Position numbers and translations under genes: made by a program. A stretch of 64,000 nt of DNA from Bdellovibrionota bacterium (GTDB lineage: Bacteria; Bdellovibrionota_C; UBA2361; CALJRW01): the NCBI GenBank assembly GCA_041740355.1, contig JBGSMD010000063.1, forward strand, positions 128,001 to 192,000, read 5' to 3'. Below, one piece after another: positions 19,259-28,255 of this stretch; the stretch's first letter is position 1, and every line of letters begins with the position of its first letter. The notes under the pieces are model-generated. The model was not told where the DNA came from. It saw nothing but the letters and a program-made list of their open reading frames with translations, and did not search any database.

Positions 19259-19819
19259 ATGATGTATCAATTAATAAAAACTTTTTGCTTGTTACTACTT
19301 TGCGCAAGTAATATTGCTTTAGCAGATCCTCCTTTTCCGCTACCAGATCCAGGTGAATTAAATAAAGTCCGTGGGGCAATCATTAGAACAACTGCCGGTG
19401 ATTTGTATATTCGTCTTTACCCGAAAGATGCTCCCTGGCACGTGGCAAATTTTAAATACTTAGCTGATCGTAATTATTACCGAAATTCACCTTTCCATAT
19501 TTTCCAGAAAGACTACTTAGCTCAAGCAGGAGCAGCAAATTCTGATCCATCAAGTGGGCCAAAATATTCTATCCCTGCTGAATTTAATGAACGCAAACAT
19601 AAGCTTGGCGCTCTCTCCATGGTTCGAAAGCCTGATTTCTTAGATGTTAGTCATAGTCGCAATTCCCACAGCAGCCAATTTAGGATCCTACTAGCTGATG
19701 CTCCTCACATGGATGGACAGTTCACCGTCTTTGGGAAAGTTGTAAAAGGAATAGATCTCTTGTCACAACTTCTTCCTAAAGACCGAATTATAAATATTCA
19801 AGTATTTGTCAGGGAATAG
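19259..19819 (+). CDS. Cyclophilin-type peptidyl-prolyl isomerase, exported
   Basis: Signal peptide; AP.HVANF, H..GALSM, SQF.I, HMDGQFTVFGKVVKG. Confidence 0.85.
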   Translation: MMYQLIKTFCLLLLCASNIALADPPFPLPDPGELNKVRGAIIRTTAGDLYIRLYPKDAPWHVANFKYLADRNYYRNSPFHIFQKDYLAQAGAANSDPSSGPKYSIPAEFNERKHKLGALSMVRKPDFLDVSHSRNSHSSQFRILLADAPHMDGQFTVFGKVVKGIDLLSQLLPKDRIINIQVFVRE

Positions 19820-19848
19820 TAAAATTTAGCTACCTGTCACCTAATCTG

Positions 19849-21390
19849 CTAGTGCTTAACGATAAACAAAGACTTCATTACAACTTCCTGACCCGGCATT
19901 TCATAATCTAAGTCTCTAATTGGTGAAGCTTCAATCCTTAATCCGGTAAGTTTTAAATTATAAATTTCTTCTTGAAACTTACGGTCATCCCATTTTTCCA
20001 AATTAAGTGAAAACAAGATTCTACCTTTAGGAGCAAGAATTAAATAAAGTTCCTTAGCCAGATCTTTGAAATCTCGATCTAACTTAAAAACGCCCTGTTT
20101 GTTCCTTGCAAATGAAGGGGGGTCACAGATAATTAAATCAAACAGTCGATCTTTCTTTTTGGCACCAGCAATAAAATAACGGGCATCTGCTGCCCAGAAC
20201 TCATATTTCTCCGGTTCTAAATTATTCGCCTTGAAATTTTCTTTCCCCCAATCAAGTGTTGCTTTACTGGTATCAACACTAACTACCTCACTCGCACCGC
20301 CTAGTGCGGCACAGACACTAAAGCCAGCTGTATAACAAAAAAGATTTAATACTTTTTTGTTTTGACTATTCCTTTGAACCCAAGCTCGATTCTGTCGTTG
20401 GTCTAAGAATAACCCCGGAGAATTACCTTGTTCTTTCTTAAAAACATAGTTCACTCCATTCTCTTTTCCTATCCACTCAGCGACGTCAATTGTTGATAAG
20501 TTGTGCTGCGCCACCGGAACTTGTCCCCTATTCTCCATCAGCTGAACTTTCCAACCTTTAACATTCACAACTTCTGCTAATTTTTTAATTCTAAGTAAAT
20601 CTTTTTCTGCTGGTAATTGCTCATCAAACCAATAGCACCACAGATATTCCCCTAGTAAGTCAGCTGACATTCCCCAACCCTGATTATGAATCAATCTAAT
20701 TGTATTAGTGCTATCTAACTTCCAATCGAACAGTCTTTGGCGTCTATCTAACGAAGAAAAATATTGGGCCAAAGTTAGATCGCCAAGAATCTCAGTGGAG
20801 TTAAAAGATTCTGGTAATACCGACTGATGACCAATTAATTGACCTTGATACTTAAAAGACAACTCTGCCGAATGAAGCATCAATCGGGGAAAGTTTGTTC
20901 CCCCGTGTTCAGAGTCCCCTAAAATTGCTATCCCTAAATCCTTAGCATGAAGTCGAATTTGGTGTGTCTTTCCCGATTCGGGATAAGCCTCCCAGACGGT
21001 AAACTTTCCTAATTCGCAATGCTTTTTAAATTTAGTTTTGGAATTAGGCTTAAGCGATTTCTGAGATAGAAAACTATTACCTTTTTTGATAATCTCAGAT
21101 TCAATTTGCAACTCATTTAAATTTGGAGATTTTTGATCGGTAACAAATAAATACTTTTTTTGAACTTGATGCTTTTCAAATAATTCGGCAACAGCCGCCG
21201 CTACTTCTTTTGATTTAGCAAATAAGATTACTCCAGAAGTTTCCTTATCTAAACGATGACAAACAAAAAGTTTAGTATTTAACTTAATCGACAGATACTC
21301 TACAAATCCAAGAATCTTTGAATCGGGACTATGCGTAGAAATTCCCGTTGGCTTGTCAGCAAATACAAATGCTTCTTCTAGTCCACTCAT
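19849..21390 (-). CDS. RluA-family pseudouridine synthase fused to an RlmI/RlmK-like SAM methyltransferase
   Basis: KPTGI..H, HRLDKETSG, GKTHQIRLH, then GLFLDQR.NR, LNLFCYTAGFS, DPPSF. Confidence 0.85.
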   Translation of the reverse strand: MSGLEEAFVFADKPTGISTHSPDSKILGFVEYLSIKLNTKLFVCHRLDKETSGVILFAKSKEVAAAVAELFEKHQVQKKYLFVTDQKSPNLNELQIESEIIKKGNSFLSQKSLKPNSKTKFKKHCELGKFTVWEAYPESGKTHQIRLHAKDLGIAILGDSEHGGTNFPRLMLHSAELSFKYQGQLIGHQSVLPESFNSTEILGDLTLAQYFSSLDRRQRLFDWKLDSTNTIRLIHNQGWGMSADLLGEYLWCYWFDEQLPAEKDLLRIKKLAEVVNVKGWKVQLMENRGQVPVAQHNLSTIDVAEWIGKENGVNYVFKKEQGNSPGLFLDQRQNRAWVQRNSQNKKVLNLFCYTAGFSVCAALGGASEVVSVDTSKATLDWGKENFKANNLEPEKYEFWAADARYFIAGAKKKDRLFDLIICDPPSFARNKQGVFKLDRDFKDLAKELYLILAPKGRILFSLNLEKWDDRKFQEEIYNLKLTGLRIEASPIRDLDYEMPGQEVVMKSLFIVKH

Positions 21391-22496
21391 TTGTTATTTA
21401 ATATTCTAGAATATAAACTTTGATAATTCTTAATCATAGTTTCTGCTGTAAACTTATTTTGAAAATCCTGTTTAGCTTGATTTCCAAGTTTCGTTTGTAA
21501 TTCAATATTTCCTGCTAATAAAATAATCTTCTCCGCTAGTTCTTGGATATTTCCGGAATCAACTAGGAAACCATTGTGGTTATTAGTGATCACTTCAGGT
21601 GCCCCGCCAACATTGGTGACAATTGCTGGCAAGCCCTGACTCATAGCTTCTAATAATGCTAAGGAATGTGCTTCGGAAAGTGAGGGCTGAACAATAAAAC
21701 TAAAGTTCGACCAGTATCGCCCAACATCCCGAAGCTCTCCTAGTAAGCAAACATTATGCGATAAGGAATACTTCGCAATTAATTCCTGTAACTTCGACTT
21801 CTGTTCTCCGTCTCCAATGAAAAAGGCATAAACCTTGGGATTAGACTTAACTACTAAGTTCATCGCCTCCATCAATAGTATTGGGTTTTTTACCGCGCGA
21901 AATGTGCCTAAGTATACAATTAACTGGGAGTCGACTGGCAGTTCAAGTTGTTGATACAAGTTTATTGGATCACCTACTTCTGGTGTCTTTATTCCATTAT
22001 AAATTACTGAAATTTCCCCGGAATATTTTTCCTTATCCTTTAGGGCTAGTGCTGAGAAATCACAGACAGCAGTTACCGCCTCAGTTTGCTTCCATAGCAA
22101 CTGATTAACTATTTGCCGCTTTCTAGAAACAACGTCAGGAAAATGCCGTCCATGTTCCGTAAAGATTAACTTTGCAAATGATACACGACATAATTTACAA
22201 ATAGCTGCAAAAAAGAAGGGCGTATACTGATGCGCATGAACAATCTCTGGCTTAAAACTTTTAATAATTTTAAAAAACTCTAGGAAATTTCTTAGCTTCC
22301 AACCAGGAACCCGATTGATTGTATAAATCGGAATGCCTGTTTGCGCTAACTCTTCACCAATCTTACCAATAGAATCAAGTGCTAGAATTGCGACTTCGTA
22401 TTTACCAGAAAAATGTTTAGCTAAATTAGCTACTAAAATTTCAGTTCCACCAACATTTAAACTATGAACTATGTAAAGCAATTTAGACATAATCAA
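21387..22496 (-). CDS. GT4 glycosyltransferase
   Basis: GGTE, FTEHG, IYNGI, PSLSEA..LALLEAM. Confidence 0.9.
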   Translation of the reverse strand: MIMSKLLYIVHSLNVGGTEILVANLAKHFSGKYEVAILALDSIGKIGEELAQTGIPIYTINRVPGWKLRNFLEFFKIIKSFKPEIVHAHQYTPFFFAAICKLCRVSFAKLIFTEHGRHFPDVVSRKRQIVNQLLWKQTEAVTAVCDFSALALKDKEKYSGEISVIYNGIKTPEVGDPINLYQQLELPVDSQLIVYLGTFRAVKNPILLMEAMNLVVKSNPKVYAFFIGDGEQKSKLQELIAKYSLSHNVCLLGELRDVGRYWSNFSFIVQPSLSEAHSLALLEAMSQGLPAIVTNVGGAPEVITNNHNGFLVDSGNIQELAEKIILLAGNIELQTKLGNQAKQDFQNKFTAETMIKNYQSLYSRILNNK

Positions 22497-22498
22497 TT

Positions 22499-24304
22499 CT
22501 ATAGGTTTTGTAGCTTACAATACTGGGCAAACCTTTCGCCTTTAGCAGTTAACTCTTCAAATGTTCCCACTTCTTGAATTCTTCCCTCTTCCAGAAAAAC
22601 AATTTGGTCAGCGTTTCTGATTGTTACCAAGCGGTGAGCAATAATTATCACTGTTCTATCTGGCAGAATTGATTTCATAGCCAACTCTAAATTTCGCTCA
22701 GTTTCAGCATCAAGCGCACTTGTTGGTTCATCCAAAATAAGAATGTCAGGATTGGCAATAATAGCGCGAGCGATACAAAGTCTTTGGATTTCTCCACCAG
22801 AAAAATATGCTCCCTGCGTACCAACTTGGGAATCTAAACCCATGGGTAATTTAGCAATTAAGTCTTTTAGTTGCGCTTGTTCTAGTGACTTATTAAGTAA
22901 TTCATTACTCACCTCGCCCAAACCATAAGTAATATTGCCTCTAATCGTATCGTTAAATAACATTGCCTGCTGGCTAACAATTGCGATTTTTTTGCGATAG
23001 GTAGCTAATTGGAATTCCTTGATATCAATTCCATCAATCTGAATCCTGCCTGCTTGAGGATCATAAAAACGAGGGATCAAGTTCACTAAAGAAGTTTTAC
23101 CAGCTCCACTTGGACCAACAATTGCAGTGATTTTATTAGCTGGGATAAATAAATTGATGTCCCGAACAATCTGAGTTTGTGTGTCATAGGAAAAATCAAC
23201 TTTCTCAAATTGAATCCCAGCTTTCATAGTTGAGTATCTTTTATTTCCATCAATTATTGGATTAGGTTCTTGATAGTCTAAATAGTCGACGACTTTTTTT
23301 AGCATTGGCATCTCGGCAACTGACTGCACGTAAGTCCCGGAGAGCTGTTGAATATTACTGACAAAACGTCTTAGGCTTACAAAGAAAACTAAAAGTCTAC
23401 CAATTGAGAAACTGGAAAAAGACAAGAAAACAAAAATACTAGCAGTAACCACTAAGAGCGTTCCTGCCGCATTAAAAACATCAACTATCGCTGGCACATA
23501 ATAGCCTCGTAACTTAACATTTGCTAAATTCTTGGAAAGTGAATTGGCATTCTTAGTAAACTTCTTAATTTCATTTCCCTGATTACAGGTTAACTGTACC
23601 AGGCCAATATTCCTAAAAACGTCATCAACTTGATTATTGATATCTAGTAAATTCTGCTCAGCATTCTGCGCTGAAATTTCTATTTTCTTGATAAAGAAAT
23701 TAGTAATTAAGTGAATTGCTGGCAAAAGCAACAAGGCAATCAACGTTAACTGCCAAGAAATCATAAACATTAAAAACAGAAAAATTACCGAGAAAAACAA
23801 TTGGGTAATAATATTGGTGACATTATTATTCGTCCTTGAAACTGACCCTAGGAAGTTGGTTAATACCGTATTAATCTCGACTGCTTTTTGTTCCGCAAAA
23901 AATGAGCGCTTAATATTGATATACTTTTCAAAGATTTGCGTTCTTAGTTGAGAATTGAACTCTTTTTCAATCAAAATTGAAAAATAACGCCCTAAAAGCA
24001 ATGTAATATTTTCCAGCACTACCGCCACAAAGATAATCGCTACCATTAATAAGAAAATATTATGGTTAGTTGGGGCAAATGGGAGGTTACGAATGAGTAC
24101 ACCAAGGACTGGGGCCGTCACAATCCCATAAAATTTAGTTTCATCAACTAAAGCGTTTAAAACTGGAATCACAAGTCCTAGTCCGAGCATCTGAAATACT
24201 GAAGCTAGGAGAATAAAGAAAATTCCGCCAACTAACAGACTGCGACTTACTTTTGCTTGTTTAAACAAGCTGAAAAATATGTTAAATAATTGAAAATATG
24301 ACAA
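22499..24304 (-). CDS. ABC exporter, fused TMD-NBD (MsbA/PglK/HepA-like)
   Basis: About 6 TM helices; GPSGAGKT, FSGGEIQR, LILDEPTSALD, IAHRL. Confidence 0.9.
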   Translation of the reverse strand: MSYFQLFNIFFSLFKQAKVSRSLLVGGIFFILLASVFQMLGLGLVIPVLNALVDETKFYGIVTAPVLGVLIRNLPFAPTNHNIFLLMVAIIFVAVVLENITLLLGRYFSILIEKEFNSQLRTQIFEKYINIKRSFFAEQKAVEINTVLTNFLGSVSRTNNNVTNIITQLFFSVIFLFLMFMISWQLTLIALLLLPAIHLITNFFIKKIEISAQNAEQNLLDINNQVDDVFRNIGLVQLTCNQGNEIKKFTKNANSLSKNLANVKLRGYYVPAIVDVFNAAGTLLVVTASIFVFLSFSSFSIGRLLVFFVSLRRFVSNIQQLSGTYVQSVAEMPMLKKVVDYLDYQEPNPIIDGNKRYSTMKAGIQFEKVDFSYDTQTQIVRDINLFIPANKITAIVGPSGAGKTSLVNLIPRFYDPQAGRIQIDGIDIKEFQLATYRKKIAIVSQQAMLFNDTIRGNITYGLGEVSNELLNKSLEQAQLKDLIAKLPMGLDSQVGTQGAYFSGGEIQRLCIARAIIANPDILILDEPTSALDAETERNLELAMKSILPDRTVIIIAHRLVTIRNADQIVFLEEGRIQEVGTFEELTAKGERFAQYCKLQNL

Positions 24305-24930
24305 ATTTGGCTACCAAAATAAAGACTGAAGCTAGTGCAAATATTAGTATTAATCGGTCTGCTTGTCTAAGGAGTATTTGGAATATCAGCTTAGCTACGC
24401 TCTTGCTAATCCTGTTTAGCCCAGTGATGTTAGCAATTTATCTAATACTTCTTACTACAAAAATTAAAAATCCAATTTTCAAACAAATTAGAGTCGGAAA
24501 AGATGGTCGTCACTTTGTAATTTACAAATTTCAAACGATGTACGATGGTGTAACCAATTCAGGGCCATTTATCTGTGAATCTTATACTGACAATCGTATT
24601 ACCCCGATTGGTCAATATTTAAGACGCAAGAAACTAGATGAAATCCCACAATTATTTAATATCCTTAAGGGTGACATGAATTTTGTTGGGCCCCGACCAG
24701 AAATTCCTCATTTTCACCATGAAAACGTTTTAAAAATACCTAATTGGGCCGATCGTTTACTAGTTAAGCCTGGCATTACTGGTCCAGCGCAAATCCACCC
24801 AAAAGTTTCCCATAACCCAGCAGAAAAGATTATTTTAGATCTAGAATATATTAATAACCGATCCTTCCTGTTAGATCTTAAGATTATTTGGAAAACTGCT
24901 TACTCTTGGCTAACTAGAAAGTCTCTTTAG
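24298..24930 (+). CDS. Priming phosphoglycosyltransferase (Bac_transf family)
   Basis: FKQIRVG, IYKFQTM, RITPIG..LR..KLDEIPQLFNILKGDMNFVGPRPE, KPGITG.AQ. Confidence 0.92.
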   Translation: MTNLATKIKTEASANISINRSACLRSIWNISLATLLLILFSPVMLAIYLILLTTKIKNPIFKQIRVGKDGRHFVIYKFQTMYDGVTNSGPFICESYTDNRITPIGQYLRRKKLDEIPQLFNILKGDMNFVGPRPEIPHFHHENVLKIPNWADRLLVKPGITGPAQIHPKVSHNPAEKIILDLEYINNRSFLLDLKIIWKTAYSWLTRKSL

Positions 24931-26079
24931 TTTAATCTGAATCATAGCTCCTACTACATCTACACTGAATTTTTCTTGTATAAAACTAATCGCATTTCTT
25001 GAAAGCTCTTCTCCTAAGGCAGGATCTGTAAGAAGCTTTTGTATTTGATTAGCAAATTCTTCAGCCGAATCAGCAACTAATAATTCACAATCAATTTTGG
25101 CATTAATTGTCTTAGCTACTTCGGTTGTAACAACAGTGGGAACTCCAAGTGACATCCCTTCTAGTACTTTATTTGGTACTCCAAAGACAGACTTCAGTGG
25201 CACTACCACAATTAATGACTCCGCAACTATATTTTCAATATTAGCGACTTCTCCCGTAAATGTCGTATTTTTTGAGCTATTAATTAATTCTTCAGTAGGA
25301 CTCCGACCTGCTACCTTAAATATAATATTAGGGTTCTTTTTCAAAACTAAAGGCATTACTTCCCGATCAAAGAATTTTACTGCTTCGATATTAGGAGAAT
25401 AATTCATTTGCCCCGTGAAAACTATTTGTGCCTGTTTAAGGATTGGATCTGTGGTTGGCATTCTTTCAATAACCTGAGGTAACACAAAAACTTGATCTAA
25501 GTTTACCTGTTTGGTTTGAAAGCGATCTAATTCTCTTTGGCTTATTATAGAAACCAACTCGGCAAAATCAATAATTTTTTCTTCGGCAGATTTAATTAGC
25601 TTTGCTTCTCTCTGGTAAAGCAATCGTTTCCACCAACTTGCGTCTTTGGCAAACCTTGCCCATTTTAAAGAATCAAAATCTATTAAATCCCAAAATACTT
25701 TAGTCTTATGCTTATGGAAAATCGGAATCAAGTAATCAAAAGCTGATGAAAAAACTACTACGAAGTCATAGTTTGTTGCTGTTAATTTTAGCTGAAGTGC
25801 TTTAACAAAATCTGCGCTTTGAAAGTGCGCGCTACTAAAACTCTTATTAAGTAATAAGTTCTTGATCATCCTTGTAGCTGTACTTAGTTTCTTAATTTTA
25901 AATATTTGATCCTGACCAGGACTGAACTTTTCAAGGACTACTGCTTCCCGTGAATCTAAGCATATTAAATCGATTTCAAATTTTAAGTATTCAAAGATCT
26001 TAATAACCCGGTGAACTCTAATTCGATCTCCTTTATCATCCGGATAAGGATAGTTTGGACTAACTATTAAGATTTTCAT
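24910..26079 (-). CDS. GT4 glycosyltransferase of the PEP-CTERM/exosortase-associated type
   Basis: YPYPDDKGDRIR, D.DSLKW, FTGQMNY.PN, GVPNKVLEGM. Confidence 0.8.
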   Translation of the reverse strand: MKILIVSPNYPYPDDKGDRIRVHRVIKIFEYLKFEIDLICLDSREAVVLEKFSPGQDQIFKIKKLSTATRMIKNLLLNKSFSSAHFQSADFVKALQLKLTATNYDFVVVFSSAFDYLIPIFHKHKTKVFWDLIDFDSLKWARFAKDASWWKRLLYQREAKLIKSAEEKIIDFAELVSIISQRELDRFQTKQVNLDQVFVLPQVIERMPTTDPILKQAQIVFTGQMNYSPNIEAVKFFDREVMPLVLKKNPNIIFKVAGRSPTEELINSSKNTTFTGEVANIENIVAESLIVVVPLKSVFGVPNKVLEGMSLGVPTVVTTEVAKTINAKIDCELLVADSAEEFANQIQKLLTDPALGEELSRNAISFIQEKFSVDVVGAMIQIKLKRLSS

Positions 26080-27391
26080 TGTCCTTACTTGTAATATTTT
26101 TTAAGCTTATTGCTACAGTAACATAAAACCAAATTATCTCGGTGTGAAAAGTATTTACGAAAATGCTAGCTATTAAAAAGCCGATTAATCCAATCGGAAT
26201 AAAACTTATAATATTATCTAAGCGTTGTTCCGGGTACTTAATTCGAAGAATTTTTAAACTCGTGTAGTAATATTTAAAGCAAGTAAGAATAATCGCTAAA
26301 AATAAAAAAGTTCCTACAAATCCAATTTCTGCCAGAAGTTGAAAATACAAACTATGAACAGCTCTGTGTTCTCCATAAATACCATCACTAAAATCATATT
26401 CATGAAAGCGATCCTGATATTTCTCAATTCCAACTCCCCAAATTGGGTTATCCGTAGCCATCAGCCAAGCAACCTTCCAGAAGTGAATTCTTGATTTACC
26501 AGATTCATCTTCTTCTGGCTTATTAAATAGTGTTGATATCCTAGCTTGAAATGAATCAATAGTCTGGCGAACAGGGTTGTCAGTTTGGAAATCACGATCA
26601 AAGGAGTACTGCTCTAAACTGATAAATTGATTAGTGTCATAGGCATAATAGCCGAAGATAGCTAACATTAATAAAAGTGGAATCAAAAGCTTAACTCTTA
26701 TTTTTAATACTAACAGGATAATTACTGCTAACAAGGCCAGAAACCCACCACGGGAAAAAGTTAACATGATTGCTAGCGCTGTTCCGAAGGAAAGAAAAAG
26801 GCTAGCAAGCTTAAAGTACCAGCCTCGTGCTGAAAAAATTAATCCAATTGTTAAGGGTAATGCTCCGACAAGTACTGCTGCATAAATATTATTATCTCCA
26901 ATTCTCCCTGTTCCGCTAATTGATTGTGAGCCAGCAAAGAGTCCGAATACTCCATAATAAAATGCCAAGAAACTAATAATTACAGTAACAAAGGAAATGT
27001 AATATTTTAAATAAACACGATTAGGAATTACTATTGGACTAATGATTGCGACAAAAGCACTTTTTAAGAGAAATTCACTTGTATAGATCATAGCATTCCA
27101 TGTTTGGCTATGTTGAAAAGCCATGGAGAGCAGAATATGTACCAAAAATATTATTACCAACCAGGTCAGCGCATTCATGATAAATATTTTTTTATAATGC
27201 AAAAATGCGGTGACAACAAAAATAGCTCCAGCTATTAAGGAAAGCCTCGAACCTTCTAGGATTCCATATGTTAATTCCAAAGGTGAGAAAAAAGAGTACC
27301 AATGATAGAGTAGCATTCCCCAAAAAGGATTAAAGAGACTCGCGGTTGCTCCTAAACAGGTGAAAAGTACTACTAGGGAAGCTCGTAACAC
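26060..27391 (-). CDS. O-antigen ligase/Wzy_C-family protein (exosortase-associated O-glycosylation ligase type)
   Basis: Polytopic; IGDNN, TFSRGGFL, SRIHFW, P.WGVG, AVHSLYFQLLAE.G. Confidence 0.85.
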   Translation of the reverse strand: MLRASLVVLFTCLGATASLFNPFWGMLLYHWYSFFSPLELTYGILEGSRLSLIAGAIFVVTAFLHYKKIFIMNALTWLVIIFLVHILLSMAFQHSQTWNAMIYTSEFLLKSAFVAIISPIVIPNRVYLKYYISFVTVIISFLAFYYGVFGLFAGSQSISGTGRIGDNNIYAAVLVGALPLTIGLIFSARGWYFKLASLFLSFGTALAIMLTFSRGGFLALLAVIILLVLKIRVKLLIPLLLMLAIFGYYAYDTNQFISLEQYSFDRDFQTDNPVRQTIDSFQARISTLFNKPEEDESGKSRIHFWKVAWLMATDNPIWGVGIEKYQDRFHEYDFSDGIYGEHRAVHSLYFQLLAEIGFVGTFLFLAIILTCFKYYYTSLKILRIKYPEQRLDNIISFIPIGLIGFLIASIFVNTFHTEIIWFYVTVAISLKNITSKDNENLNS

Positions 27392-27449
27392 CTAAATAAC
27401 TCCCAACTTAATAACTTCTTTGTTGCTTATAAGAATATAAAGATTTGTT

Positions 27450-27854
27450 TTAGTTCTCACGATAGATTTCTTGAAAGTTGCTTTGACTAAAGTCAATTAT
27501 TTGTCCTTGATCTTCAAGCCAGGCGTGAGCTTGGAACCCAGACTCTTGGTTAACCCCTAGTTTGATTTCCAAATTAGGGAAGGTATTTTTAAAAACCGTA
27601 AAAATTGCCAACGTCCAAACTAAGCAATTACTAAAAATTTCAAAAGTTGTATATATTCGATAAGTTAAATCCTGCAAAGCCTCAAACGAATATGCCTGTT
27701 TAGTAGTTTTCCGGGATATAATTCGAAACACACTTAACGTCTGTTGATAGCTAATAAGCTTAAGTGAAACTTTGATTAGCAAGGCGAAAAATAGCAGTCT
27801 GATTAGCAACTGCTTCTCAGGGAAGTTCCAAAAGTTTCTGATAAAACTGGTCAT
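27450..27854 (-). CDS. Lasso peptide B2-type transglutaminase-like leader protease
   Basis: 134 aa; NCLVWTLA (Cys), LGV, FQAHAWLE (His), typical of Transglut_core3. Confidence 0.8.
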   Translation of the reverse strand: MTSFIRNFWNFPEKQLLIRLLFFALLIKVSLKLISYQQTLSVFRIISRKTTKQAYSFEALQDLTYRIYTTFEIFSNCLVWTLAIFTVFKNTFPNLEIKLGVNQESGFQAHAWLEDQGQIIDFSQSNFQEIYREN

Positions 27855-27970
27855 CTGATTTTATTAATAAAGAATACTAAAGTCTGAGAAGTAGCGTAAA
27901 AGAGAAGTTGCTTTTTTGACTCTTAATATGATGCTATGCTTTTCTTAACTTTCTGGACATATTAAAAACA

Positions 27971-28255
27971 ATGCTTATTAACTTAAACAGTAAAATTGAC
28001 CCCATTTCAGGAGTACACGTAAGCCAACTAAGTGATTCTGCGGTAGCACTCAATTTAAATAATGAAAATTATTATGGGTTAAATCCCACAGCTTTTAAAA
28101 TGTATCAAACCTTAATTGCCAGTAAGGATATAAGCGAAGCCCTAGATCAGCTAAGTGCTGACTTTTTAGTAGCGGAGGAAGAGCTAAAAACAGATCTACT
28201 AGATCTAATTACAGAACTAGAAACTAATGGCTTAATTTCAATTAGCCTAATTTGA
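27971..28255 (+). CDS. PqqD-family RiPP recognition element (lasso B1-type)
   Basis: 94 aa; AVALNL...YYGLNPTA..MY, L...F.V..E.L..DL..LI.EL...GLI. Confidence 0.88.
   Translation: MLINLNSKIDPISGVHVSQLSDSAVALNLNNENYYGLNPTAFKMYQTLIASKDISEALDQLSADFLVAEEELKTDLLDLITELETNGLISISLI

Noticed and set aside
27855-27970. Lasso precursor between B2 and B1 (also checked 29839-29916, 33013-33145, 41027-41199, 45190-45461)
   Set aside because: No ORF with a YxxPxL-type leader and T-x-G/S/C core found by eye; a systematic small-ORF scan is still needed
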